Of a stretch of DNA of 64,000 nucleotides, positions 25,243-35,985 are shown piece by piece. The notes under the pieces are model-generated. The model was not told the origin of the DNA. It saw only the letters and a program-made list of their open reading frames with translations, and did no database searches. The stretch spans positions 4,216,001-4,280,000 of the forward strand of contig NC_089432.1 of the NCBI RefSeq assembly GCF_026210795.1, given 5' to 3'. Positions within the stretch are counted from its first letter, which is position 1. The number at the start of each line of letters is the position of its first letter. The DNA comes from Rhizophagus irregularis. Taxonomy: Eukaryota. Both the position numbers and the translations under genes were made by a program.

Positions 25243-26781
25243 ATATAGGCATATATGGGGGTTCTGGGACAGAATCCCCATATATGCCGGTGATCCCTTA
25301 TAGTCTCCCAGTTGTTTTCCTGATATACAAAAAAATCTGTAATCTTATTGAACCCCAATCCGCTCTTCATTATCAGAAAACATATCAAAATCTGATATTG
25401 AATTCAAGCTTAAAATCATGCTGGGCTCAAATTCTGTTAACATATCTCTCTTACCCAAATTTTTTGTTTTCAAGATAAAGGAGAATACCATCTTTGTTAA
25501 CGCGCTGGCCTTTTTTTAATCCCAAATAATATAACGAAAAAAGTATGCCATATTGCTTGCCCCTCAGGAGAACCCTGAACACCGAGGACTGAAGTGTCCG
25601 AGCATGTTCGGGGTTCGACCTGTCAAGCCTAATTTACATACCTTATTTTTATGTTATCCTAGAATTAATTCTAGAGCTGATTCATTAATGTAAACAAATC
25701 CAGGATAAGTCTAACCTCGTAGAGGTTAGATTTATCCTGTCCAGGTATCCAAATTCTTGATTAAAAAAGTATTGAGCATATTCTAGTATACCATTAATTT
25801 CTTGATATGCTGAAAACCATTCTAAAGACGATTCATTTTCACATACATAAGGACAAAAAAAGTCTAACCTATAAGTCTAACCTCAAAGTCTAACCTCAAG
25901 AAGTAATCAAATTAGTGAATCAAAAGCGTATTAACCAAGTTTTAGTATACCATTATTTTCTCGATATACAGGAAACAATTCCGAAGCCATTTCCATGTCA
26001 CAAAGCTAGGGTAAAAAAATATCCTCCCAATAGCATACAATATATAGGTAGCAAGAAAGAATAAGTATGAGCTGGCAAAGCCCTTTAGGGCGACGCCAGT
26101 GAATACGCATTCGACAGGAGGAACGATATAGCAGGAACATGAGCCAGCCCTTTAGGGCGAATGGGCAAATGTGGATGCTATATCGTTCCGACCATATCTA
26201 CCATATTTTAATGTATGCTAAATATATGAGGCAAATAGATCTCATTATTTCTGGCTCTAGCTCATAAACATATTAAAGACTCACCTTTAGGGCAGGCGGA
26301 ACATGTAAACAAGATATGTTCATGACTAAGTCTAACCTCTAAGTGTAAAAAAAAATATCCTCCCAATAGCATACAATATATAGGTAGCAAGAGAGAATAA
26401 GTATGAGCTGGCAAAGCCCTTCAGGGCGATGCCAGTGAATACGCATTCAACAGGAGGAACGATATAGCAGGAACATAAGCCAGCCCTTTAGGGTGAATGG
26501 GCGAATGTGGATGCTATATCGTTCTGACCATATCTACCATATTTTAATATATGCTATAAATAAGGCAAATAAGAATGCCAAGTCTAACCTCTAAGTCTAA
26601 CCTCTAAATCTCACATCTAAGTCTCACCTTTAGGGCAGGCAGAGCATTGTACACAAGATATGTTCACCATTAAGTCTCACCTCTGCAATGCGCATTCGGC
26701 AAGTCTAACCTCTTCACTATATTGATCGAACATCTGGGCCGTATCCCGAAGCATATTCACATGCCGGATCTGATATTTGCT
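25243..26781 (+). repeat. Left terminal inverted repeat
   Basis: Reverse complement of 52726-54264, same length, roughly 15 substitutions by eye. Contains an internal ~200-bp direct duplication and repeated AAGTCTAACCTC motifs. Confidence 0.95.
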
Positions 26782-26991
26782 AGCCCCTTCGTTCAAAGAA
26801 CTTCAGGGTGGGTAATTTCAAACCAGAATATACTAACTGATTTCGAAATCTCTCCTGCAGACCTTGGACAAAGGAGGCCATAAATTCGAAAATATATAAA
26901 AGTAATTAAACATTATGGGGTAATAGGATTAAATATTTTAAATTGAGAAAAAGTTTACACATATATTAGAGGTTAGACTTAACATAATATC

Positions 26992-29985
26992 ATAGTATGA
27001 AAAGATAAAAAGAATCATATTTGTGAATGTTGTGGCAAAACTCTTGCTACACCACAAAAGCTTCGTCAGCATTATTCAAGTACAAAAAATCAATGTAGTT
27101 TACCTTCTGAGAATAATATTAACCAAAGAAGGGTAAACACTCCTAAGGTAACTAGACCTATTCGACCAAAGTCACCTAGACCTTGTTCACCAAGCCCTGT
27201 CCCAGTTCCAGTAGTCCATACTAAAGGAAAGGATTGAAGAAAGGAGAAGGTAACCCCTACTCCAGTTCCCGAGCCAGAACCAGAAAAGGAGTTACCCAAA
27301 TCCAAAACTGTAATCACATCTTCCAAACCTGGTGAGGTTAAGCGACAAGATGCTCACGATAGAAATGCAAGAAAGTCTGGTGAGCATTTGAGAACATGGG
27401 GTGCAAGATTACGCCGAAGATGGACTGAAATAACTGGAGAAGAATGTGATTTGCCAAAAACTTTAAAAGAATGTCAGCGCCTACATAATGACCTATTACA
27501 AGCAGATGATGAGTCTTTTGAAAATGTTCATGCTTCAACTCCTTCAACCAAGCCAGAACAACATCCCACCCAACAGAACGAAGACCAAAGGGCAGAGGAT
27601 CCTGAAGCAGGACCAGGCCCAACAACCCAAGCTAATAGAAAAAAGGAAAGGAAGATAGTAATCCCTATTACGGCAGTAGACATCCACTTTGAAGAATGTC
27701 CTGTTGGTAGGGATCTAGAAAGACCACATCAAAACCAATCTTTAATGAGCAAATGGGTGGGTATAGTTCCTCATCCAGAAGAAAATCCAGCATATGCTTT
27801 TAATGTTCCAGTATTTGGTCATGAATATGCAGAGGCTCCATATATACCCCAACTTATATCAGCATCTCGACCAAAAATAAAAGAAGTTTATCAAACAGAG
27901 CTCCATAGAAAAGATCAAATAAAATCAGCTATAGTAGTAAAATGCTTGTATAAACTTACTAAAAAAGATAAAGAAGAAAGAGAAGATAATGATGATTTTG
28001 CTAATAGAGTCTATAAAGTAAAACATCATAGAGGTAAGATGCGACCAATTCTTTTAGAGGGGGATATAGATGAGCATATAACTCTAACTGTTAGGGAAAT
28101 AGATAAACAGGTTGAAGAAGCATTACTAAAGGGATCTGGATATACTCTCGAACGAATTGAAGAAATATCTATTGAGGCATATACCCTCCGTCGAGGCACA
28201 GGAGGATCTTACAAACCAACCCCCAAAAAATTAGCCAATACTAAGTCTACCATCAATCCAGATAATCAAGGTCTCATTGATCCAGAAACGAATAGGCCTT
28301 CTGAAAAATGTCTCCAAGGGGCTTTAGGTTGCTATTTCGCACATCAGGATAAGCCTGATACAGACCATCTTGAACGAATCTTCTGAGCTAAAAATCTAAA
28401 ACTATATCTAGAAAAGGTCAAGCTAGATGGTATTCCAATGCCTACTCCAATCTGTTCACGTATATTCGATAAGATTGAGGAGATGAATCCAGATATCTCC
28501 ATCAGTGTCTGGGAATGGAAAGAAGAAACAGCTACACCAAAGCCTGTAATTGCTAGTAAAAACTTTAAAAGACAACATAAAATTTGACTATTAGCTCTTA
28601 CAGATATAACCAAATCTGAGGATGACAAGTACGGGCAAAAGAACCACTTTCTCTGGATCAAGAATTCCAGTAGATTAATATATGGGGATAGTGCGCATAA
28701 AGAAAAGAAGCATCTATGTGATGGATGCACCCAAAGCTGGCCCTCCGAAAAAGCTCTAGAACATCATATAGAATGGTGTCCCGGAATACACGAAAATGCA
28801 CCCCAGAGAGTCACAATGTCAGTGAAAGGGGTAAATGATTTCGAGGAGTTCAAGAACTATGGCCGAATGATCAATGCCCCATGTGTTATTATAGCCGATT
28901 TCGAGGCCGACAATAAGAAGTGTGATGAAGCATATGGTGGAAGTATGCGAAAACTTGCCGAACAGAAGGCTAATAGTTTCTGCTACCTAGTCCACTGGAT
29001 CGATACCGGAGATGTATGGGGTCCGTTCCTATACAGGGGAGAAAATGCCACACAGGAATTTGTTCGAAGAATCGATCAGGAACTGGTCAAAATCAATGAG
29101 GTCCTAGTTATCAAGCATGAGCGAATTGAGACTAAGGAAGACAAGAAAAGATTTGCAGATGCTATTAGCTGTTGGATTTGCAAAGGTAAGTTCGATATAG
29201 ATACAGATGAAATCGAGCGCTTAGAAGTCAAAATAACCTATCTTAAAGAAAAACTAAAAAGCTTTAAAAAAGTGACAGCAGAATATAATGGTATCCAAAC
29301 AACCATAGAAAAAGCAACCAAGGCAATTGCCAGCGAAAAAGCTAAGGCTAATAAGGTCTGGGATCACTGCCATATCACAGGTAAGTTTCGTGGATCAGCC
29401 CATAGGGATTGCAATCTCAAACTCCAGATACAGGATTGGAAAACACCGATCCCAGTCATCTTTCATAACTTCCGAGGCTATGACTCTCACTTGGTCTGTG
29501 AATCTGTTGGACGTTCAGCTAATGCACAACATATCAGGGTTATAGCTGAAACATTTGAGCGGTATAAGTCTATGAAGGTGGGCCAGCTCAAGTATATTGA
29601 TAGCATGCAGTTCATGAATAGTAGCTTGGCCAGTCTTACAAAAAATTTGGGTGATAACCACCCGATAACAAGCCAATATTTCAAAAAATTAGGTTATACA
29701 GAGGAACAATTAGCATTAGTATATCGCAAAGGAGTTAATCCCTATGACTACATCGATTCGCATGATAGATTTAAGGAGACAGAACTTCCTCCTATTCATG
29801 AATTTCATAGTACTCTTAAAGGTAAGATCTCACAAGATGACTACCAACACGCCCAAAAAGTATGGAAGGAATTTAGATGTCAAAATTTAGGTGAGTACCA
29901 TGATCTCTATCTTAAGACCGACGTACTTAGTCTAGCAGATGTCTGGACAGAGTTTCGAAAAATGTCTATGGAATATTATGAACTT
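26992..29985 (+). pseudogene. polB: Protein-primed family B DNA polymerase, 5' part (N-terminal zinc finger/Pro-rich region, 3'-5' exonuclease with endonuclease VII-like insertion)
   Basis: One frame from 27001. Motifs: CECCGK..KLRQH..C, HFLWIKNSSRL, VIIADFEA (Exo I), CWIC..DHCHITGKFRGSAHRDCNL, FHNFRGYDSHL (Exo II), RKGVNPYDY, YLKTDVLSL (Exo III). In-frame TGA at 26998, 27235, 28384 and 28585; cut by the LTR element. Confidence 0.9.
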
Positions 29986-30620
29986 TGTAATAACTGAAAA
30001 TATAATAAATAAATGACGCAGTAAATCCTGTGGCGCAGTAGGTCACATGATATGGTTACACAAGAAGAAATGGTTGGGAATACAAAAGTCACGTGACAAG
30101 TCACATGGCGCAGTAAATGACGGATAAACATTTAGCCGATGGATAAATAATTAGCCAATAAAATTATATTTATAGTTTAGTTTAGTGTAACAAGAAAGTC
30201 ATATGATAATACATCTTTTATTTCTTATTATTCTTAGAATTTTGATAGAGAGAAAGAGTAGTAGATAGTAGAAATGATTTTCTTAAAATGTATAAATACA
30301 AGTGGATTTCGATAGGAAATTCGGTAGTTCAATTTTTTTTTTTTTTTGAAAAATAAAAATTATTTCGTCGTTTAATAAAAACTAACACATTCTTTTAACC
30401 TTTTTCTTACGATGAAAAAGAGGTGTCATTTTTAATGACCTAAAAATAATTTATAAATTTGGAGAAATTATCGCAAAATTAATTTTGAGTAAGAAATTAT
30501 GTTTTGTAATTTTTGTAACTAATCTTTATTTTAAAACCAAGCATAGAAACTATACGAACTCAACACGTCGGTGGCAACATACGATATTTTATTTTAATAT
30601 CCTATGGGCGGCGTGTCACA
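29986..30620 (+). repeat. 5' LTR
   Basis: TGTAATAAC...GTGTCACA; no difference from 38932-39566 seen by eye. Confidence 0.95.
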
Positions 30621-30730
30621 TTTTTAGTGCATGCTCACGAGAAAATAAAAGATTGTTGTCTTCATACAAAATCTAAATAAGAAATAAAAGAAAAGTATAT
30701 GAGAAAATGAAAGAAAAAATTTGTAAAATT

Positions 30731-30860
30731 GATAAGAAAGGAAAGATGATATGAGAAATCATCAAAGAAATATAAGAAAGGAAAGATGATATGAGAAATC
30801 ATCAAAGAAATATAAGAAAGGAAGGATGATATGTAAAATCATCAAAGAAATGATAAGATA
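30731..30860. repeat. 40-bp tandem repeat (~3 copies) in the retrotransposon 5' UTR
   Basis: ATAAGAAAGGAAAGATGATATGAGAAATCATCAAAGAAAT repeated. Confidence 0.8.
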
Positions 30861-32082
30861 AGGAAGACTTATCTGAAATATGAGAAAAATGTTACTATAT
30901 ATGAAAAAGGATATAGTAAAAGTAATATTATGAAAAAGGAATATTACAGAATATATGAGAAATGAAATATACGATATATTGAAAAAGTATATATCAAAAA
31001 GATGAATGAAATATTCAAGATAATAATGAAAAGATTTAAAAATTGAATGAAAATAAAAATTTATAATGAGAATGAATTTTGTGAATAATAAGAAGTTAAT
31101 AAATGATTGAAAAATTTGAAAAGTATTATAAGAAAAGAAGAGTTATTAGTGACAAACCCGTAAACTACTATACTTCTATAAAGAAGGTAAAGGCAAGCCC
31201 GGTACAGGTTACTAAATGAAAAAGGAAATTAAACGATATTGTAAATATAAGAAATATAGAAATGTTATTATTTAATATACGAAAAATAATTTTATTACAA
31301 TAAAAGAATGATATGAAAGATTGTAAAAGATAATAATGAATAATATGAAATAAAATGATATAATAAAAGAAATTGTGTAAGCATGTTGCGTAAACGAAAT
31401 AAAATGTTGTACAAATCACGTGAATAATGTAAATCACGTGATGAAGCGCAGTAAAAGAAATATATAGCTGCCCCTTGGGCAGAGGTGACTGATTAATAAA
31501 AATATAAATGAATAAGAATATAATAGAAGAAATAGTTGTGTCACCAGGGGCGTTATGTCAACAGAAATTTTAGTACGTTGATCGCTTAAAAATCCGTGGC
31601 TATCCAATTATAATAAGAAAATATTAATGAATTATAAAATGAAATGCGAGAAATAAAATAATATGAAATAGATTTGAAATAAATATTTTGGAAGTTAATA
31701 TAAGAAAAAGATTAAAAGTCATTAAAAGTTTAATGTTGTGTATGGAACTGGGAGGACCCAGTATAAATAAGCCTTTGTTGGTGATCATATTAGTCTGACA
31801 CTGGGTGGCCCCAGTTATAAATAATCCCTAGCCTTGATCACAGTTTATTTGCGCAAGATATAGAAAGTTTATAAATAAAATCGCGATTATAGATTATAAA
31901 TTATATTATAGAATGTATAAAGAAATTATAGAATCAAAGCTGGAACTTTGAAAATATTAAAATTTAGATTGTATTTTAAAAGAAGTAAAAGATAAATAGT
32001 AATTTAAATGATGATAAAAATTTTATAAAATATAAATAAAAGTGAAATTATGAAATGTTTAAATAAATAAAAAAAAAAAAAA

Positions 32083-35000
32083 ATGTCTGATATATATGAT
32101 GAGTTAGAAGAGATTAAGAATAGACATGAAATAGAGAAACATAATGAACTAAGAAAGGAATATCAAATAGACCCTTCATGTCTAAAATGTTATAGTACTG
32201 ATGAAATAGAGATAGGAGATTGGTTTAAAAGATTTTGGAAGATTTTTCAAAAAGTAATATTAGAAGCGATGAGTTATAACAGAAATACATATATGAAATT
32301 AATGGAGTACATAGTACTAACAAAAAAGGATGAGGAAGAAAGTTATCCATCTAGTAGAAAGAAAAGAAATAAAGAATTTGAGAAAATAAGAAAAGAAGGA
32401 GAAAAACTGTTAGATATAGTTGTAAGGTCAATTAGGTATAGGAATAAACCAGATTATAGAAAAATAGGAATTATATCGGTAATAAAAGTAATAGGTGAAC
32501 ATTACATATTGAGTGAAGATAATGAGTATATATTAGACGACCGAACAGAAGAAAATTTATTAGGAAATAAGGAATTGTTAACATATAGATATATTATAGA
32601 AGATAACGAATTAGATATAAGATTTGCAAAATTTGAAGAATGGTTAGAAAAAATAGAATCAGTAACTATTAAGAATAAAGGATATGGTACTATGAAAAAT
32701 TTTAAAGAAATATTACATTTAGAAGAAAATATTGCAGAAGAAGAAAATAGAGAGAAAATCAAGAAGTTTCAGAAAAGTATAACATATCAATGGTGGGATG
32801 GAAATAAATATCCAAAACCATGGATGAATGATGATTTAACAGATAAGATAATAGAGAAAATTGTAGAAACAAAAGGTTTTGTTGAAGAACAAAGTGACGT
32901 AGGAGAACTAGAAAGTTCAGATGATTTAGGAGAATCAAGTTCAAATGAAGGAGATGAACATATAGAAAGAATATACAGAAATTATTGGTTAGAGAATGGT
33001 TATGAAATTGATATTGAAGAAATAAGACGAATAATAAATTTTAAAGTAGAATATGAAATAATAAAAACTAAAGAATTTATGAGTTTTTACAAAACTATTG
33101 AAGAATTAGATGATAAAGGAATAGAAGAAGAATTAAGAATATGGCATTATATGTATACAATAGAATGTCCAACGTGTAATAAAATAATATTAAAGAAAGA
33201 AGCAATAGAAGCGGTAGAATACAACAAAGAATTTATAGAAAGAATATGTAAAAGTTGTTATGAAAAAGAATTAGAAAATGTAAAAGATGAGAATGAATTA
33301 GATGATGAAACAGAAATAGAGAAAAGACTAGAACAGTTAAAAAATCTAATCAAAGTTTTAGAAATTGAAGTTTCCGATGGAGAATTATTAAGATTAATGA
33401 GTATGGGATATAGAAATGTTGATATATTAAGTGCAGACTTTATAAGAAAATTTCAAGAATATAAAAATGAATCAGAAAAAGAAATAAAGAGAATATTAGA
33501 CGAATATTTAAAGAAATTTGAAATTGAAGAAAGTGAAGAAGAAGTTGAAGAAGAAAATGATGATACAGATAATTCGGAAAAGATTGGAGAAATATTAGAT
33601 CCAGAAGAATATGAGATTCGGGAAGAAAATACTGAAGATTTTAATAAAAATGAATTTGAGAATGAAAATGAAAATGTTATAAATACAGGAGGTTTTGGTT
33701 TGAATCAAAATTCAGATTCGAATAATTCATTGAATATTAAAGATTCTGATAACGAAAGTGAAATATCTGATTATAATTTACAAGATTTATTTCAAGAAAA
33801 TATATTATTAAATATGGCAACAGAAGCACAAATAAGAAGAATAGTAGAAAATGTTACAGGACTCGCACCTAATGCATTAGATAATGCATTAGGAGCAGGA
33901 CAAACTTTATTAGATAGAATTCAAACTGCAGGAATGGGAGGAATAGTAGGTATGCCAACTTTTAGTGGAAAAGAAGATGAAGATGTTAACGATTGGATTA
34001 GACAATTTGAAGTAGCATTTACAGTAAGTGGAAGAACAGAAGGAAATGTTGGAGGAGGTGTATGTAGTCAAAATAAAGCAAATGTAGCAATAACATGTTT
34101 AAGAGGAACCGCATTACAATGGTATAATGAAGAAAAAGAAAGAGTAGCAGCTAATTTAGTAAACTGGTGTGATCATAACGATGATAGAAATTTGAAAAAC
34201 AAATTAATTAATAGATTTACTAGAGAAGATGTTAAAAATAGAAAAATGATGGAATTGACAAGAATTAAACAAGAAAAAAATGAAAGTGTTGAAGAGTATA
34301 CTAGAAGATTTAGATCAATATTAAGAATTGCAACTAGAGGCCAAGCATTATATGATATGTATCAAGTAAATTATTATATTCAAGGGTTAGAACCTACATT
34401 AGGGTACCAAGTTAGAAGAAGTAGTCCAACGAATTTAAATGATGCAATTAATACAGCAAGAAGAGAAGAAGAAGCTAAAAATGAATTGATAATGAAAACA
34501 ACAGGTATAAATATAGAACAAATAAGACAGGAAAAGAATATAGAAGAAATTTTAAAAGAAGAAACAAATAAAAAAGAAGAGAATGAAATATATAAGAAAA
34601 TGCAAAAACCAGTTAATGAAAAAGATATTGATGAATTAAGTAAAGCGTTAGAACAGTTCAGAGCAGAAAAAATAGCTATGGAAGAAACGTTAAATGAAAT
34701 AAAAAATCAACAAAGAAGAAATATAAATAGAAATACAAATACAAGAAATGCAAGGATCATGAGATGCTATGAATGCAATGAAGTAGGTCACATAAGACCA
34801 GAATGTCCACAATTAAGACAAAGAAATAATTATAGAACGCAAAATAATTTTAATAGGAATAATAATGAAAGAAGAAATAATAATAATAATAATAGAAATA
34901 TAAATTTAATGGATCACGAAAGATATTATGATAATAATAGATATAATGATAATGAATATTATAATAATCACGAAATATATAATTATGAAAAAGAAATATT

Positions 35001-35418
35001 TCCAACTTTAAGAAGTGGTAGAAAATATGGAAGAGATTTAGATAATGACTATAATGAAATGGAAATTGAAGATGTCCCAATACCACCAAAAAGAGAATAT
35101 GATATGAAAATGGATATTGATGGTGAAAGAAAAGGAGGATTTTCTAATAAAGAAGATAGAGATAAAGCATATCAATCAAGAAGAAGACATAACCGATGTG
35201 AAAGATGTGGAGTAACAGGTCATTTTATAAGAGAATGTCCAAACCCAGGAATGAAAAGAGGAAATAAAAATATTAGAGTACGAGTTAATGTACCACCAGA
35301 AAAATATGTAATGGATATGTATAATGAAAAAGCGAATATAACATATGGACAAATTTACAATGAAAATCCAAAATTTAGAAAAATAGCTAGAAATTATAAT
35401 GAAGATGATAATGCATGA
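32083..35418 (+). CDS. gag: Gag with a long acidic N-terminal extension and two CCHC zinc knuckles
   Basis: MPTFSGKEDEDVNDWIRQFE; MHR-like IKQEKNESVEEYTRRF; knuckles CYECNEVGHIRPEC and CERCGVTGHFIREC. Confidence 0.92.
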   Translation: MSDIYDELEEIKNRHEIEKHNELRKEYQIDPSCLKCYSTDEIEIGDWFKRFWKIFQKVILEAMSYNRNTYMKLMEYIVLTKKDEEESYPSSRKKRNKEFEKIRKEGEKLLDIVVRSIRYRNKPDYRKIGIISVIKVIGEHYILSEDNEYILDDRTEENLLGNKELLTYRYIIEDNELDIRFAKFEEWLEKIESVTIKNKGYGTMKNFKEILHLEENIAEEENREKIKKFQKSITYQWWDGNKYPKPWMNDDLTDKIIEKIVETKGFVEEQSDVGELESSDDLGESSSNEGDEHIERIYRNYWLENGYEIDIEEIRRIINFKVEYEIIKTKEFMSFYKTIEELDDKGIEEELRIWHYMYTIECPTCNKIILKKEAIEAVEYNKEFIERICKSCYEKELENVKDENELDDETEIEKRLEQLKNLIKVLEIEVSDGELLRLMSMGYRNVDILSADFIRKFQEYKNESEKEIKRILDEYLKKFEIEESEEEVEEENDDTDNSEKIGEILDPEEYEIREENTEDFNKNEFENENENVINTGGFGLNQNSDSNNSLNIKDSDNESEISDYNLQDLFQENILLNMATEAQIRRIVENVTGLAPNALDNALGAGQTLLDRIQTAGMGGIVGMPTFSGKEDEDVNDWIRQFEVAFTVSGRTEGNVGGGVCSQNKANVAITCLRGTALQWYNEEKERVAANLVNWCDHNDDRNLKNKLINRFTREDVKNRKMMELTRIKQEKNESVEEYTRRFRSILRIATRGQALYDMYQVNYYIQGLEPTLGYQVRRSSPTNLNDAINTARREEEAKNELIMKTTGINIEQIRQEKNIEEILKEETNKKEENEIYKKMQKPVNEKDIDELSKALEQFRAEKIAMEETLNEIKNQQRRNINRNTNTRNARIMRCYECNEVGHIRPECPQLRQRNNYRTQNNFNRNNNERRNNNNNNRNINLMDHERYYDNNRYNDNEYYNNHEIYNYEKEIFPTLRSGRKYGRDLDNDYNEMEIEDVPIPPKREYDMKMDIDGERKGGFSNKEDRDKAYQSRRRHNRCERCGVTGHFIRECPNPGMKRGNKNIRVRVNVPPEKYVMDMYNEKANITYGQIYNENPKFRKIARNYNEDDNA

Positions 35419-35985
35419 CTACACTCGGACCAACAAATAAAAAGTGCAGATAATAAAAGTGAAACTAGAGCAATGAGAAGTGAAGTTATAATAAAAGGAA
35501 AATTAGTATCAATAATAATAGATTCAGGAGCATCAGTTAGTTTAATATCAGATAGATTAAGAAAAGAATTAAATATTCCAATAATAGAAAAGAGTGATAT
35601 TAGATTTATAATGGCTAATGGAACAAGAGTTGCATCAAAAGGAAAAATAGAAATAACAATAGAAATAAATGAAAATACAAAAATGAAAATAATTATGGAC
35701 GTAATTGAATCAGTAGAAAAAGAATTAATATTAGGAAATGATGTGTTAAGAGAAAAGAAAGGAATAATAGATTATAATGAAAAGATATTAATATTAAGAG
35801 AAGATGGAAAAGATATTGAAATACCAATAGAATATGAAAATAATGACGAAAATATTAATGACGATAATGATAGTGATGATAGTGAAGATGATGATAGTGA
35901 AAATGAATATGAAGAAACAAGTGAACGAGAAATATATTTAATAAATAATGAAGAAAAAGGACATATTATAGAGGAAAACTACTAG
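35419..35985 (+). CDS. Retroviral-type aspartic protease (in frame with gag, after TGA-CTA)
   Basis: IIIDSGASVSLIS and LILGND motifs; the frame is open from the gag stop. Confidence 0.9.
   Translation, partial: LHSDQQIKSADNKSETRAMRSEVIIKGKLVSIIIDSGASVSLISDRLRKELNIPIIEKSDIRFIMANGTRVASKGKIEITIEINENTKMKIIMDVIESVEKELILGNDVLREKKGIIDYNEKILILREDGKDIEIPIEYENNDENINDDNDSDDSEDDDSENEYEETSEREIYLINNEEKGHIIEENY

Noticed and set aside
25284..25478. ORFs in the TIRs (also 54029-54331)
   Set aside because: Short, no motifs, duplicated only because of the TIR.
30621..30642. Primer-binding site
   Set aside because: TTTTTAGTGCATGCTCACGAGA lacks the TGG start; I cannot assign a tRNA or a self-priming partner.
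30485..30676. Repeated MSKKLCF ORFs (also 39431-39628)
   Set aside because: Chance ORFs inside the LTRs.
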